Virus record (IMG/VR): IMGVR_UViG_3300037067_013742
Coordinates: 1-64,000 of that record
Source of the DNA: a virus
Taxonomy: Duplodnaviria; Caudoviricetes
Length of the DNA stretch: 64,000 nucleotides
Reading direction: 5' to 3' (one strand)
Within the stretch, counting starts at the first letter, position 1; every line of letters starts with the position of its first letter. A program made the translations under genes and the position numbers. This document shows, piece after piece, positions 10,191 through 19,193 of this stretch. The notes under the pieces are model-generated. The model was not told the origin of the DNA, searched no databases, and saw nothing but the letters and a program-made list of their open reading frames with translations.

Positions 10191-10267
10191 TGGTGGCCAT
10201 GAACAGATTTGAACTGTTAACTTTTACCTTCTCGTGGTAGTGTCTCTGCCAATTGGACTACATGGCC
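10191..10267 (-). tRNA. tRNA-Leu(GAG), short arm, C33
   Basis: TACC-ACGAGAA-GGTA; CCA; overlapped by the HNH 3' end. Confidence 0.7.
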
Positions 10268-10951
10268 ATCTTTATTTAGCTTCCTTATAATATATTTTCT
10301 AATGGCGTTATCTGAAACTCCTAATCTCTTTCCTGTTGCTAGAAAAGAAGTTCTTTGCGTTTCTTCTATTATTTCCTCTACTGAGGGCCAGGAGATCTTT
10401 GGTGGTCTTTGCTTCATTGCACAGGAGCGGCATCGGACAGACCGCTCCGATACCTTTTCCCCGCAATCCTTACAGGTGCCACTCTTCCTATTTCTTCTTA
10501 GCCTATTCTCATTTGTCTTCTGTGTATGACAATTTGGACATAGAATTTCTAGATTATCTAGCTTGCTGTTTCTAAAATTGCCATCTTTGTGATGAATCTG
10601 TAGAGAGAGCGGTTTGCCCTGCCAAGTTTCTCCAGTCCTACAATTTGTGCAGATGAAGGCAATATTTAATTCCCGCAAGGCCCTCTCGAGATATTCTCTC
10701 TTAGGCCTGTCTTCATAGTTATCCGAAAGGATTTCTTCGGGCGTTTTTCTAGAGGGCGAAATAGCCCCCTTACGCCAACGCTGACTTGAAAAGTGGGAGG
10801 TATCTATCTTAAAGTGTCTAATCCTTTTTGCAATATATGACTGAGCTCCAGTGTCTGGCGTTAGCCCTAAGATTCGGGCTACTTCTCTAAAAGACCTTGA
10901 TGTTTCTACGATAGGGGAAAGAATTTCTATACTGTACTTGTGGTAAGTCAT
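10217..10951 (-). mobile_element. Free-standing HNH homing endonuclease
   Basis: LQIHHKDGNFRNSKLDNLEILCPNCH, Zn ribbon, C-terminal HTH. Confidence 0.85.
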
Positions 10952-10993
10952 ACCAATAAGTATAGCACAGGTTGGTTATTGGTTCGAGCTTAG

Positions 10994-11069
10994 TACCACG
11001 AGGGAGATTCGAACTCCCACGAACCAAGTTCTGAGCTTGGGGCCTCATACCAATTTGGACTACCGTGGC
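10994..11069 (-). tRNA. tRNA-Leu(CAG), short variable arm
   Basis: CCAAG-CTCAGAA-CTTGG. Confidence 0.8.
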
Positions 11070-12083
11070 TTACTTCTTCATAACTTTTGTTTCCGGCGGG
11101 ATACCCCATAGGTTTAGGACAAACTTTCTCTCTGGCTTATCTTCTAGCGCCCCGCTAAAAAAAGGATCTTCATAATCTGATTCTAAAGATAGATCCTTCC
11201 ATCCATCATCTATAGCCATACATACTGTATGACTTATCTTATGTATTACTTGAATTGGAGAACCTTCTAAATCATATTCAGAGAACTCACAGAATAATTT
11301 CTTATCAGACATATCGCACGCCCGCTAAAGTAAAGTTTGGGTACTTCTCGTAGAGCTCATAAATACCATGCTCTTTATTCTCTACCTGATTAATTGCTCT
11401 CTCTGGATCGTGGGTAAGAAGCCATCCGTTACCCCAACCCTTAGTCCCCTCTTTATCAGATAGATAAACCTGCATTGCATCTTCTTCTATTCCCTGCTCT
11501 AGATGGCTTAGGTGGAAGGGGGCTAGAAGGACAAAATGGGTTGTTGTGGCTATTCTCGAGGGTAGACTGTAGCTGTATATAACGATCTCTCTGTTGGTCT
11601 TCCAGAGGGTCATATCTCCTACTCGCCTAATGAATTCTGCCATCTTTTCTCCTATTTGTTTGGGCGCGAGAAGAATCGAACTTCTAACTTATCTTCTGAT
11701 AGAGCTTTTACAGTATCTACTAGACCAGCATCTCTTATGGTTTTTCCGGGGAGGATTAATACTTCGTCGGCATTAAATATATTGTAGTCTTCTCTACTTA
11801 GCCCTTCTAAAAAGATTACCGAGCCATCGACATCAAGAGACTCTACGATCATATTTATGCGTTCAGAGTACTGACCTTCTATCCTAACTTTGATCTCTCC
11901 GGGAGTGCTATTTGCCGAGATTATTAAAGCTCCATCAGAAAGGACAGAAGCGCTAGCTCCTTTTCTAATATCAATCTGGATTGAGAAGAGTTCTAGCTCT
12001 CTATCTTCATTGCTATCTTTATGAGAGGAGTAGGCTTTTATAATTTTTGGCGCCAGAGAAAAATCTCTTGTAGCTATTAGCAT
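11070..12083 (-). CDS. Three hypothetical proteins (11070-11312, 11305-11643, 11652-12083) inside the tRNA array
   Basis: Abutting same-strand ORFs. Confidence 0.6.
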
Positions 12084-12134
12084 TATCGATCCTCTAGAGT
12101 TCTATTCATTAAGTAACGAGCGTCAATCTTTTAG

Positions 12135-12371
12135 CGTGGGTGGCGGGATTTGAACCCGCGTTATACTAGAACCTAGGCATTACCCCAGGCCTGGTTAGTT
12201 CTTGGTAAACGCGCTTCCCTACAATGGCGGTTTACGGCCAGGCCCTACTGAATTACTCCAGTAGGCATTGTCCGGTGCATCCGCAACCATATGAACTAAT
12301 CAGCTTAGCCAGTAATAGGCTTTACCCTTACCGTCCGTTTTCGGTATGCCCGTCCTCTGGGCCACACCCAC
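12135..12371 (-). ncRNA. tRNA-like RNA with about 170-nt structured insert in place of the anticodon loop
   Basis: Acceptor GTGGGTG/CACCCAC, D-stem GCCC/GGGC, T-arm GCGGG-TTCAAAT-CCCGC. Confidence 0.75.
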
Positions 12372-12372
12372 A

Positions 12373-12451
12373 TGGCCTCCCCGGGGAGAGTTGAACTCCC
12401 AAATCTCTCGGTTCGTAGCCGAGTGTCCTGAATCCATTAGACGACGGGGAG
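12373..12451 (-). tRNA. tRNA-Arg(ACG)
   Basis: CTCGG-CTACGAA-CCGAG; CCA. Confidence 0.85.
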
Positions 12452-12462
12452 ATTTAAATAGG

Positions 12463-12535
12463 CGCGCCTGGAGGGACTCGAACCCCCAACCAACCGGATA
12501 GAAGCCGGCGACTCTGTCCATTGAGCTACAGGCGC
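12463..12535 (-). tRNA. tRNA-Arg(TCT)
   Basis: GCCGG-CTTCTAT-CCGGT. Confidence 0.85.
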
Positions 12536-12540
12536 AAGAA

Positions 12541-12613
12541 AGACCCAGGGGGGAGTTGAACCCAACCTTTTCCGCTTTTGCAGAGCGGCGCCTGACCGAT
12601 TGGCTTCTGGGTC
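12541..12613 (-). tRNA. tRNA-Cys(GCA)
   Basis: CCGCT-CTGCAAA-AGCGG; U73. Confidence 0.85.
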
Positions 12614-12616
12614 TTA

Positions 12617-12687
12617 TGCAGGTAGTCGGAGTTGGACCGACGCCACCGATTTGGAAGACCGGGATGCTACCGTAACACCTTACCTGC
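12617..12687 (-). tRNA. tRNA-Gly(TCC)
   Basis: CCGGT-CTTCCAA-ATCGG. Confidence 0.8.
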
Positions 12688-12691
12688 TTAG

Positions 12692-12764
12692 AGCTGCAAG
12701 CCGGATTTGGACCAGCCGTCTCTTGCGTACCGAGCAAGTGCTTTACCAACTAAGCTATTGCAGC
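12692..12764 (-). tRNA. tRNA-Thr(GGT), C33
   Basis: CTTGC-TCGGTAC-GCAAG. Confidence 0.8.
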
Positions 12765-12773
12765 TTAAAGAAA

Positions 12774-13016
12774 CTATCTACTACATTCTAGTAAGAGTGT
12801 CTTAGATTCATATCCTTCACAAACTCTTTCACTTTCATCTTCACATATAGCCATCCAACGATAACGATCTTCATATTGATTAGAGATCTTTTCACTACCA
12901 GTAATCTTAGTAGGACTGCATTCTGGAGAAGCTATATTAGTTGATCTTGTCATCCAAGATGTTTGTGCCGCGCAAGAGAGAAGAAGTAGAGCTATAACAA
13001 TTAGTAAGAATTTCAT
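12774..13016 (-). CDS. Small lipoprotein
   Basis: MKFLLIVIALLLLSC lipobox; SD GGAGG. Confidence 0.7.
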   Translation of the reverse strand: MKFLLIVIALLLLSCAAQTSWMTRSTNIASPECSPTKITGSEKISNQYEDRYRWMAICEDESERVCEGYESKTLLLECSR

Positions 13017-13031
13017 TTAACCTCCGATGTT

Positions 13032-13105
13032 TGGTGGACCCAGAGAGAATCGAACTCTCATCCCCAGCTTGCAGGGCTAGTGTCTTCCCGTTGGACGATG
13101 GGCCC
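13032..13105 (-). tRNA. tRNA-Ala(TGC), C33
   Basis: CTAGC-CCTGCAA-GCTGG; G3:U70; CCA. Confidence 0.85.
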
Positions 13106-13196
13106 ATTATCCCTAGCTTCTCCTCCCACGGCTAGGGGCGTGGATGGTGCCGACCCACAATCTGGTTATGCTCAGATGGTAAGAGTCGTCGAGGGA

Positions 13197-13267
13197 TGGG
13201 CTCAGAGGGAATTGAACCCCCGATTCCTGCGAGTCGAGCAAGTGTGATACCTCTTCACCATGAGCCC
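13197..13267 (-). tRNA. tRNA-Val(GAC), C33/U37
   Basis: CTTGC-TCGACTC-GCAGG. Confidence 0.7.
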
Positions 13268-13327
13268 TAAGGTCCCCAATGCTGGCCAGCTTCCCGGCAG
13301 ACAACACTGACTCGGGATTGGGGACGG

Positions 13328-13400
13328 TGCATCGGGCCGGGGTTGAACCGGCGACCTCTCGTGTATCAGACGAGTGCGATACCAGTTTCGCTACCGATGC
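13328..13400 (-). tRNA. tRNA-Ile(GAT)
   Basis: CTCGT-CTGATAC-ACGAG. Confidence 0.85.
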
Positions 13401-13605
13401 GATTAAACGGATGATCTATCTATATGTCGTATAACTCTCTCTCTTTCGAGCGGGGACATTGCCAGATAATCCTCATCTGGGATACCTGCTCCAAAGCAAC
13501 GAATCCATCTTTGTTGATAAGTAGACCAATAACTTATTGTTCCATCTCTATGATAAGTAGACTTATACTCTTTCTTAATCTTTGGCGGCATTCTCTCTCC
13601 ACTAG

Positions 13606-13677
13606 CGGTCCTACTCAGAATTGAACTGAAATTTCAGGTGTAGGAAACCTGCGTCTTATCCTTTAGACGATAGGACC
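13606..13677 (-). tRNA. tRNA-Arg(CCT)
   Basis: CAGGT-TTCCTAC-ACCTG. Confidence 0.8.
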
Positions 13678-13685
13678 TTTGTTTG

Positions 13686-14201
13686 TTAGAAAGTCTTGCA
13701 ATAAGTAACTGGGATACTTGCCACGTTTACAGATGTGAGACTCTCAAAGTATCCAGTCCAAGCTCCGTTGTAATACTCAATAGATTCTCCAGAAGGGAGA
13801 GTTACTTGGTATCTTGTTATGGAGCCATCAGACTTTCTTATATGTTCGGCCAAAACCTCTGCATCTACGACGTCTTTTAGAAGACCAACAAACTCTATTC
13901 GTCCCTCTTCATGATGAAATGAATCACCAGTGCTGTAGATCACATAAACTAGGAAGAAATACTCTCCAACCTTTGGCTCTGAGTCCAAGTAGAAATCGCC
14001 ATACTCTGATCCCGATAACTGAACCGCCTGTACGTTAGGTTGATATGCTAGGTCGTCTGCGTCCCACTCATCATCGCTTCTTGCGTGTCGAGTAACCCTA
14101 CTACCTAGCGTATGTAGAATGTTAACAGCGTAGGATTTCGGCTTCTCCTCTTTTATATAAACCTTCTTAATCTTAACGGGCTTCTTCTTTGGTTTTGCCA
14201 T
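13686..14201 (-). CDS. Conserved phage hypothetical protein
   Basis: YSTGDSF and W.GYFESL motifs. Confidence 0.65.
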   Translation of the reverse strand: MAKPKKKPVKIKKVYIKEEKPKSYAVNILHTLGSRVTRHARSDDEWDADDLAYQPNVQAVQLSGSEYGDFYLDSEPKVGEYFFLVYVIYSTGDSFHHEEGRIEFVGLLKDVVDAEVLAEHIRKSDGSITRYQVTLPSGESIEYYNGAWTGYFESLTSVNVASIPVTYCKTF

Positions 14202-14237
14202 GGTCTCTTCTTCTTCCTATTTTTGCCGGCGAAATAG

Positions 14238-14310
14238 TCCCGAGACGCCGAGTCGAACGGCGATTGCCAGATCCACAGTCTGGAGTACTATCCAGTTGTA
14301 CGATCTCGGG
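14238..14310 (-). tRNA. tRNA-His(GTG), no encoded G-1, A73
   Basis: CCAGA-CTGTGGA-TCTGG. Confidence 0.8.
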
Positions 14311-14381
14311 AAAAGAGTCTAGGCTTCAGTAGAACTAATTATCTATTTACTTCTGTAAAACAAATTAGTACCTAGACTCAG

Positions 14382-14464
14382 TCCCCCAGGAAGGAATCGA
14401 ACCTCCATGGCCTAAAGGCTTTCGGGTTACAGCCGAAGTTGACTCCATAGCAACCTACTGGGGG
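14382..14464 (-). tRNA. tRNA-Tyr(GTA)
   Basis: TTCGG-CTGTAAC-CCGAA, long variable arm. Confidence 0.8.
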
Positions 14465-14469
14465 ATAAA

Positions 14470-14547
14470 TGGTCGGGGTGGCCGGGGTCGAACCGGCACA
14501 AACTCCTGCGCCCAAAGCAGGCGGCTTACCATCAAGCCCTCACCCCG
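14470..14547 (-). tRNA. tRNA-Pro(TGG)
   Basis: CCTGC-TTTGGGC-GCAGG; CCA. Confidence 0.85.
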
Positions 14548-14551
14548 ATAT

Positions 14552-14625
14552 TGGTGGCCGGGGGCAGAATCGGACTGCCACATTCAGATTTTCAATCTGA
14601 AGCCCTACCATTAGACGACCCGGCC
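14552..14625 (-). tRNA. tRNA-Phe(GAA)
   Basis: TCAGA-TTGAAAA-TCTGA; CCA. Confidence 0.85.
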
Positions 14626-14664
14626 AAATGTGTGCGATCTAACTCTGGATACATTTTTGAACAA

Positions 14665-14736
14665 CAGGAGGTGGGTGAATTGAACACCCCAGGCAGGCCA
14701 TTTTGGAGACGGCCCCGCGTACCCAGCGCACCTCCT
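14665..14736 (-). tRNA. tRNA-Trp(CCA)
   Basis: GCCGT-CTCCAAA-ATGGC. Confidence 0.8.
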
Positions 14737-14745
14737 AGACAGGTT

Positions 14746-14818
14746 TACCGGAGGTAGGGCTTGAACCTACAACAAACAACGTCAGAGGCTGTTGCTCTGC
14801 CAATTGAGCTACTCCGGT
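14746..14818 (-). tRNA. tRNA-Gln(CTG)
   Basis: ACAGC-CTCTGAC-GTTGT. Confidence 0.8.
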
Positions 14819-14819
14819 A

Positions 14820-14893
14820 TGGCAGGGATGGAAAGATTTGAACTTTCGATGATAGGGTCAAAGCCTATTGCCTTACCGCTTGGCTACATCCCT
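14820..14893 (-). tRNA. tRNA-Gln(TTG)
   Basis: ATAGG-CTTTGAC-CCTAT; CCA. Confidence 0.85.
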
Positions 14894-14899
14894 ATAGAG

Positions 14900-14972
14900 T
14901 GGGTCCAGGGCGAGTCGAACGCCCATGATTCGGTTAAGAGCCGAAGCCGTTACCAATTACGGTCATGGACCC
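14900..14972 (-). tRNA. tRNA-Lys(CTT)
   Basis: TTCGG-CTCTTAA-CCGAA. Confidence 0.85.
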
Positions 14973-14974
14973 AA

Positions 14975-15054
14975 TGGCGACCGAGGTGGGGGTCGAACCC
15001 ACATAAAAATCCCTGATTAACAGTCAGGTGCGCCTGCCTTTGCGCTACTCGGTC
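14975..15054 (-). tRNA. tRNA-Asn(GTT)
   Basis: CCTGA-CTGTTAA-TCAGG; CCA. Confidence 0.85.
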
Positions 15055-15404
15055 AATATAACTATTCCAGCTTCTACTTCAGCATGGCATCTAACGCATA
15101 GAAGAATACATTTAGCAGCTTCTTTCCTAAGGGCATCGATACTTCTTGTTGTCTTGCTTGAGCTAAGACCGAACTCTTTTTGGGCTGGGTCTTTGTGATG
15201 GAAATTTAAGGCCCCTATATACTTGTTATATCCGCATATAGAGCATTTTCCCCCAGCCTCTTTTACTAGAATCTCCTTCATCTTTCTTCTACGTCGAGTT
15301 ACTGCTTCGGAAGCACATGTCCGACATCGCCATCCACAGTGTTTACCATGTTGGATTCGTGGTGCGAACTCCGTGTACCCGTGCTCCTTACATTCTCTTA
15401 TCAT
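15045..15404 (-). mobile_element. Small HNH homing endonuclease
   Basis: CSICGY...ALNFHHKDP...KCILLCVRCH; likely leaderless start at 15404. Confidence 0.8.
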
Positions 15405-15447
15405 CAACCAATTATACACTGGTTAACGATAAGTGTTAGTCCTTTAG

Positions 15448-15520
15448 TGGGTCTGCCAGGGTTACGGTCCTGGACCTCGGGAAGAAACTTCCCGCATACT
15501 ATCGTATATACGACAGACCC
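15448..15520 (-). ncRNA. Non-canonical tRNA-Lys(TTT)-like RNA
   Basis: Four stems intact; anticodon arm CGGGAAG-TTT-CTTCCCG; T-loop ACCGTAAC; no D-loop GG. Confidence 0.6.
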
Positions 15521-15545
15521 AAGATGCTTTAGTTGTCAGAGAACC
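15521..15545 (-). promoter_or_regulatory. rrn boxA-like/processing-stem element
   Basis: GGTTCTCTGACAACTAAAGCATCTT; 17 nt are the exact complement of 8704-8720. Confidence 0.45.
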
Positions 15546-15585
15546 GAACAGCCGTCGCTGGGAAGCTCCAGTTTAAGCTTCCTTC

Positions 15586-15659
15586 TGGTGGGTCATAAGC
15601 GAATCGAACGCTTATCCCGAGGTTAAAAGCCTCTTGCACTGCCGTTGTGCTAATGACCC
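15586..15659 (-). tRNA. tRNA-Lys(TTT)
   Basis: AGAGG-CTTTTAA-CCTCG; CCA. Confidence 0.85.
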
Positions 15660-15873
15660 ATAAACTCGAAAGCCGCCGAGGATCTAGTTTCCCGGGCGGC
15701 TTCCACTTCATCTTCCTATCGTGCGGTTGCCTATCCCGGGTTTGCCTCCTGCACGATATTATAAAAACTAAGTGTGGCAGGTAGACAGGATGAAGATTCC
15801 CATCGCGGTTTCCCGTTGGTATGCTTCGCTCTGGTATCTAACTGCCTTAACATTCTTAACGCCTAACTAGAAG

Positions 15874-15900
15874 ATTCTAACACATTTGGATTGATGTCAA
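15874..15900 (-). promoter_or_regulatory. Sigma70-like promoter upstream of the tRNA array
   Basis: TTGACA-15 nt-TAGAAT with TGn extension; the spacer is short. Confidence 0.4.
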
Positions 15901-15930
15901 GGGGGAAAGTGTCCCCGCCGCAAAATATTT

Positions 15931-16335
15931 TTATTCTTCTTCTCCTTCATCTGATCTTACAGAAATTTTACCCAGCTCTCTGATTGGGGTAATTGATTTA
16001 CAAAATATTGTTCCTGCTGGTGCAAAGAACGGAGAGCCTACTGCCCCAAGCCAGAACTTTCTTATCTCATCTACAGGCCAAGATAGAGAAGCTAGAGAAT
16101 TATCTAGCCTATGTATCTCTTCTGCTTCTGCCTCTAGAATTGAGAAGCCTTGCTCACTTAGTTCTAAACGGCCAAACAAACCAGCATCACTCTTAAACTT
16201 AAAAGCCATTAGGAGGGAGTGAGGTATCTCTGGGATAGTCTTTTCTCCTATCTTATATTCGAGGGAGAACTTACCTCTTGTTACAGCTGAAAAAAACTTC
16301 CCCTCTTTAATAGAGACTACTTTATAGACTCTCAT
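15931..16335 (-). CDS. KVYKV paralog family, copy 1
   Basis: VYKV...Y.IG..T.P...LMAF...AEA...FW...GT.FC.SI. Confidence 0.75.
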   Translation of the reverse strand: MRVYKVVSIKEGKFFSAVTRGKFSLEYKIGEKTIPEIPHSLLMAFKFKSDAGLFGRLELSEQGFSILEAEAEEIHRLDNSLASLSWPVDEIRKFWLGAVGSPFFAPAGTIFCKSITPIRELGKISVRSDEGEEE

Positions 16336-16337
16336 TG

Positions 16338-16790
16338 CTAATCTACCTGCTTGATCAGCTTGATAGACGAGCAGAAAACTGTGTTATCTGGCGCCTTGTC
16401 TTTGTCAAACTTTGAGAACTCCTTACTCTTCCTACGAAAGGCCTTCCAGAAGTCTCTAATCATCTCCGGATAGAGGCTTTCTGGGTGCGTATTGTTTATC
16501 TGTTTTGGCGTTCTAAACTCGTACTTTTCTGCTTCTGCTAGAAAGATTGGAAGTCTGGTGGATTGGCAGATAACTGTATATGAAGACCCTGCGATTTTCT
16601 GTCGAAAGGCCTTGGCTGCCTCAAGTGTTGTGAAGGCCATCAGGGGAGTCTTTGGAATTGTGGCGGAGACTTTTTTCCCGATGATGTACTTTACAGCCGA
16701 GCAGTACTTTGAGTTGTAGCCAAGCCAGGCTGAATACAAAGAACTGTCTTTATCTATACCTGACCGGTAGCAAACTTTATAGACCTTCAT
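16338..16790 (-). CDS. KVYKV paralog family, copy 2
   Basis: Same motif set. Confidence 0.75.
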   Translation of the reverse strand: MKVYKVCYRSGIDKDSSLYSAWLGYNSKYCSAVKYIIGKKVSATIPKTPLMAFTTLEAAKAFRQKIAGSSYTVICQSTRLPIFLAEAEKYEFRTPKQINNTHPESLYPEMIRDFWKAFRRKSKEFSKFDKDKAPDNTVFCSSIKLIKQVD

Positions 16791-16994
16791 CTTGCGTCCT
16801 CATAAACAAACTTTGTTAGCTGGCAGGCAAAACAATTACAGAACTCTTTAGTCTTTCGAGAGTCTATACAGGCTTTAGAATCTAAGATTGCTTGGCCTAT
16901 TTGTTCTCCGGCTAGAGTATATTGGCGGAATGTGCCAGCCATATTTGTTTCTGTTACAAGAAGTGTGTTTTCGTCTGTCTTCATAAATAGGAAG

Positions 16995-17963
16995 CTAGAC
17001 ATTCAATCTCCTCTCTACTTCTTGGTTAAAAGAAATTAGTCTTCTATTACATCCATAGAGACAGGATGGGTGTTTCTCGCCGGGCTTATTGAGTTGCCCG
17101 TCTCTATAGAGATGAGAACAGGCTGACTCACCCTTCCAGTCGAAGACTCTTTCGGAGAGAGATATGTAGCAGGGGAGATCCTTATTCTCGGGGAATCTAA
17201 TCCCTTGAAGTAGTCTCTTCTTCTCTTCTATTGTTTCTCCCATTAGAGCTATTGATTCTGTATTTAATAGGCTCTCTAGTTCTGGCCGCATTTCGAAGAA
17301 AAGATCTGCTTCTCTTTCTTCGAGGGAGAACCTAGGATCGTTTCCCTTATAGATGCTAAAGAAAATTGCATATATATGGGGAAATTCTGTCTTGCAGAAT
17401 CTTGCGAATTCTGGGAGCTTTTGTATATTTTGTTTTGTTACAGTACAAGTAATAGAAATTACTGTCTTATCTTGTCCTTCTTTAATATTATCAACTACTT
17501 GTCTGAATACTTTTCTTCCGACCAAGGCCTCCCACTCTTCTTGATTAGCAGAATCTAGAGATATCTTTAATCTCTTTACTGCTTCGAATGGTGGCTTTCT
17601 AACAGCATTGGTATTTAGGTGGAAAGAGTACTGATCCTTATTCTCTTCTAAGAAGGGGTAGAGCCATCTTACTGATGATGGTTCCCCGCCAGTAATATGG
17701 ATAATGGCCCTAGGGTGAAGCCGGATGATAGTCTCAAATCTTTGGTGGGACATCTCACGAGCTCCACGCGGGTGGTTACAATAACTACATGCTAGGTTGC
17801 ATTTATTTGTAATAAAGATCGCAACTCTAGAAACAGGGACTTCCGTTCCTTCTTTTAGAGCAGCAACAGTAGCATCTACACGATTGGCAAAATTATCCCA
17901 ATATAATGAATGTCTCATTTTCCCTACAATGGTAGGAGGTTTATTTCCCGATAGGGCATCCAC
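16995..17963 (-). CDS. Radical SAM protein
   Basis: CNLACSYC, TGGEP, ISLDS, C-terminal Cys cluster. Confidence 0.9.
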   Translation of the reverse strand: MDALSGNKPPTIVGKMRHSLYWDNFANRVDATVAALKEGTEVPVSRVAIFITNKCNLACSYCNHPRGAREMSHQRFETIIRLHPRAIIHITGGEPSSVRWLYPFLEENKDQYSFHLNTNAVRKPPFEAVKRLKISLDSANQEEWEALVGRKVFRQVVDNIKEGQDKTVISITCTVTKQNIQKLPEFARFCKTEFPHIYAIFFSIYKGNDPRFSLEEREADLFFEMRPELESLLNTESIALMGETIEEKKRLLQGIRFPENKDLPCYISLSERVFDWKGESACSHLYRDGQLNKPGEKHPSCLYGCNRRLISFNQEVERRLNV

Positions 17964-18286
17964 TCTCTAAGTACAGAAACCCTAACGTCTTCTCTAAATT
18001 TTCGGTGGAGAGTTGCTACCGCTACATGCTGAAAGATAAACCAACTGTCTGGAATGATGCTAACCGTATCTCCTCTATCGATTGGTAGTTGTACTATCTT
18101 CTCGAAGATATAAGCAGCTAAAGCTTCTTGTCTCTCTTCGGGACTAGGAAAGGATTGGCGGGAGAAATCTCTCATCTTAATCCAGTGATGTAGATAATTC
18201 TGCTTATCAGTCAAACAAGCATAAGAGTATCTGATCCTTTTTGTTCCGATCTGCTTCTCACTAAAAGTAGAAATTGTATGTAGCAT
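17924..18286 (-). CDS. Hypothetical protein upstream of the radical SAM gene
   Basis: 120-aa ORF with SD GGGAGG. Confidence 0.55.
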   Translation of the reverse strand: MLHTISTFSEKQIGTKRIRYSYACLTDKQNYLHHWIKMRDFSRQSFPSPEERQEALAAYIFEKIVQLPIDRGDTVSIIPDSWFIFQHVAVATLHRKFREDVRVSVLREWMPYREINLLPL

Positions 18287-18314
18287 AAAGCCTCCCTTTC
18301 ATCTACAGGAAATT

Positions 18315-19175
18315 TTGAGTAAGATAGACGCAATGGGTCTCTATCAATCAAGCCCGTCAACAGCGGCCAACTATGTTGATGTAAAACGGTTCGGAGCTAA
18401 GGGTGATGGTTTTCATGATGATGCGCCATCTATAAACTTGGCTTTTCGTACTGTTGTAGATAAGGGCGGCATAGTCTATTTCCCGCCGGGGTTCTATGTT
18501 GTAAGAAGTTGTATTTGGGTAAAGTCTTCTAGTCTTCCAATTCTGGTTTATGGTGAGGGCCCTATCTCTAGGATTGTTGGTGGTTTCCGCGATCTGTCTG
18601 AGCCTTCTGGCGGGAGTGTCTTCTATTCTGATGGGCAACTATCTAATATTATTTTTAGAGATTTTCAGATAGAGCCTGATATTAGTGAGGGCTATCGCTA
18701 TGGATTTAATTTTGGTGCGGGTCCTAGTAACTGTACTATTAAAGACGTTACTATTTATGCCGCTGGATTAGATGCCATATCTCTAACTAGTCCCTCAGAT
18801 ATATTTCTGAGTAGAAATCTAATCTATTATTCTGGCCACTCTGGAATTTCTATTTCTAAAGGGAGTTTCTGCGTCATAAGGGATAATATTATTAGAGATA
18901 GTAACCAGTTGAACGCCGGCTACTCAGGTATAGAGCTAGGAGATTCTACCGCTTCGCGGGTCTACGAGAATGAGAGTACCGGAACCCTTCAGGCTTATGG
19001 AATTGTCTCTTCTGGGGCTAACTGTACAGTAATGGGTAATTACTTCACTGGCGTAACTGGTTCTGGAAGTCTTAGCGGGTCTGGTTTGTTTAGTCACCAT
19101 AACCAACCAACAGACGACCCAAGTGGTGGCACTGGCGATGATACCGAAAGCTATTTCCCAGGGGGATGGACTTGA
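18315..19175 (+). CDS. Right-handed beta-helix (pectate lyase-like) tailspike-like protein
   Basis: VKRFGAKGDGFHDD...VYFPPG.Y; PbH1-type repeats; start may be ATG 18333. Confidence 0.8.
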   Translation: MSKIDAMGLYQSSPSTAANYVDVKRFGAKGDGFHDDAPSINLAFRTVVDKGGIVYFPPGFYVVRSCIWVKSSSLPILVYGEGPISRIVGGFRDLSEPSGGSVFYSDGQLSNIIFRDFQIEPDISEGYRYGFNFGAGPSNCTIKDVTIYAAGLDAISLTSPSDIFLSRNLIYYSGHSGISISKGSFCVIRDNIIRDSNQLNAGYSGIELGDSTASRVYENESTGTLQAYGIVSSGANCTVMGNYFTGVTGSGSLSGSGLFSHHNQPTDDPSGGTGDDTESYFPGGWT

Positions 19176-19193
19176 TAGCGAGAAAGATTATAA

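Noticed and set aside
12135-12371. Canonical tmRNA
   Set aside because: No G3:U70, a D-stem is present, and there is no credible tag peptide
8689-15711. ORF-track ORFs over tRNAs (e.g. 8689-8874, 12300-12749, 14551-14757)
   Set aside because: They are translations of tRNA genes
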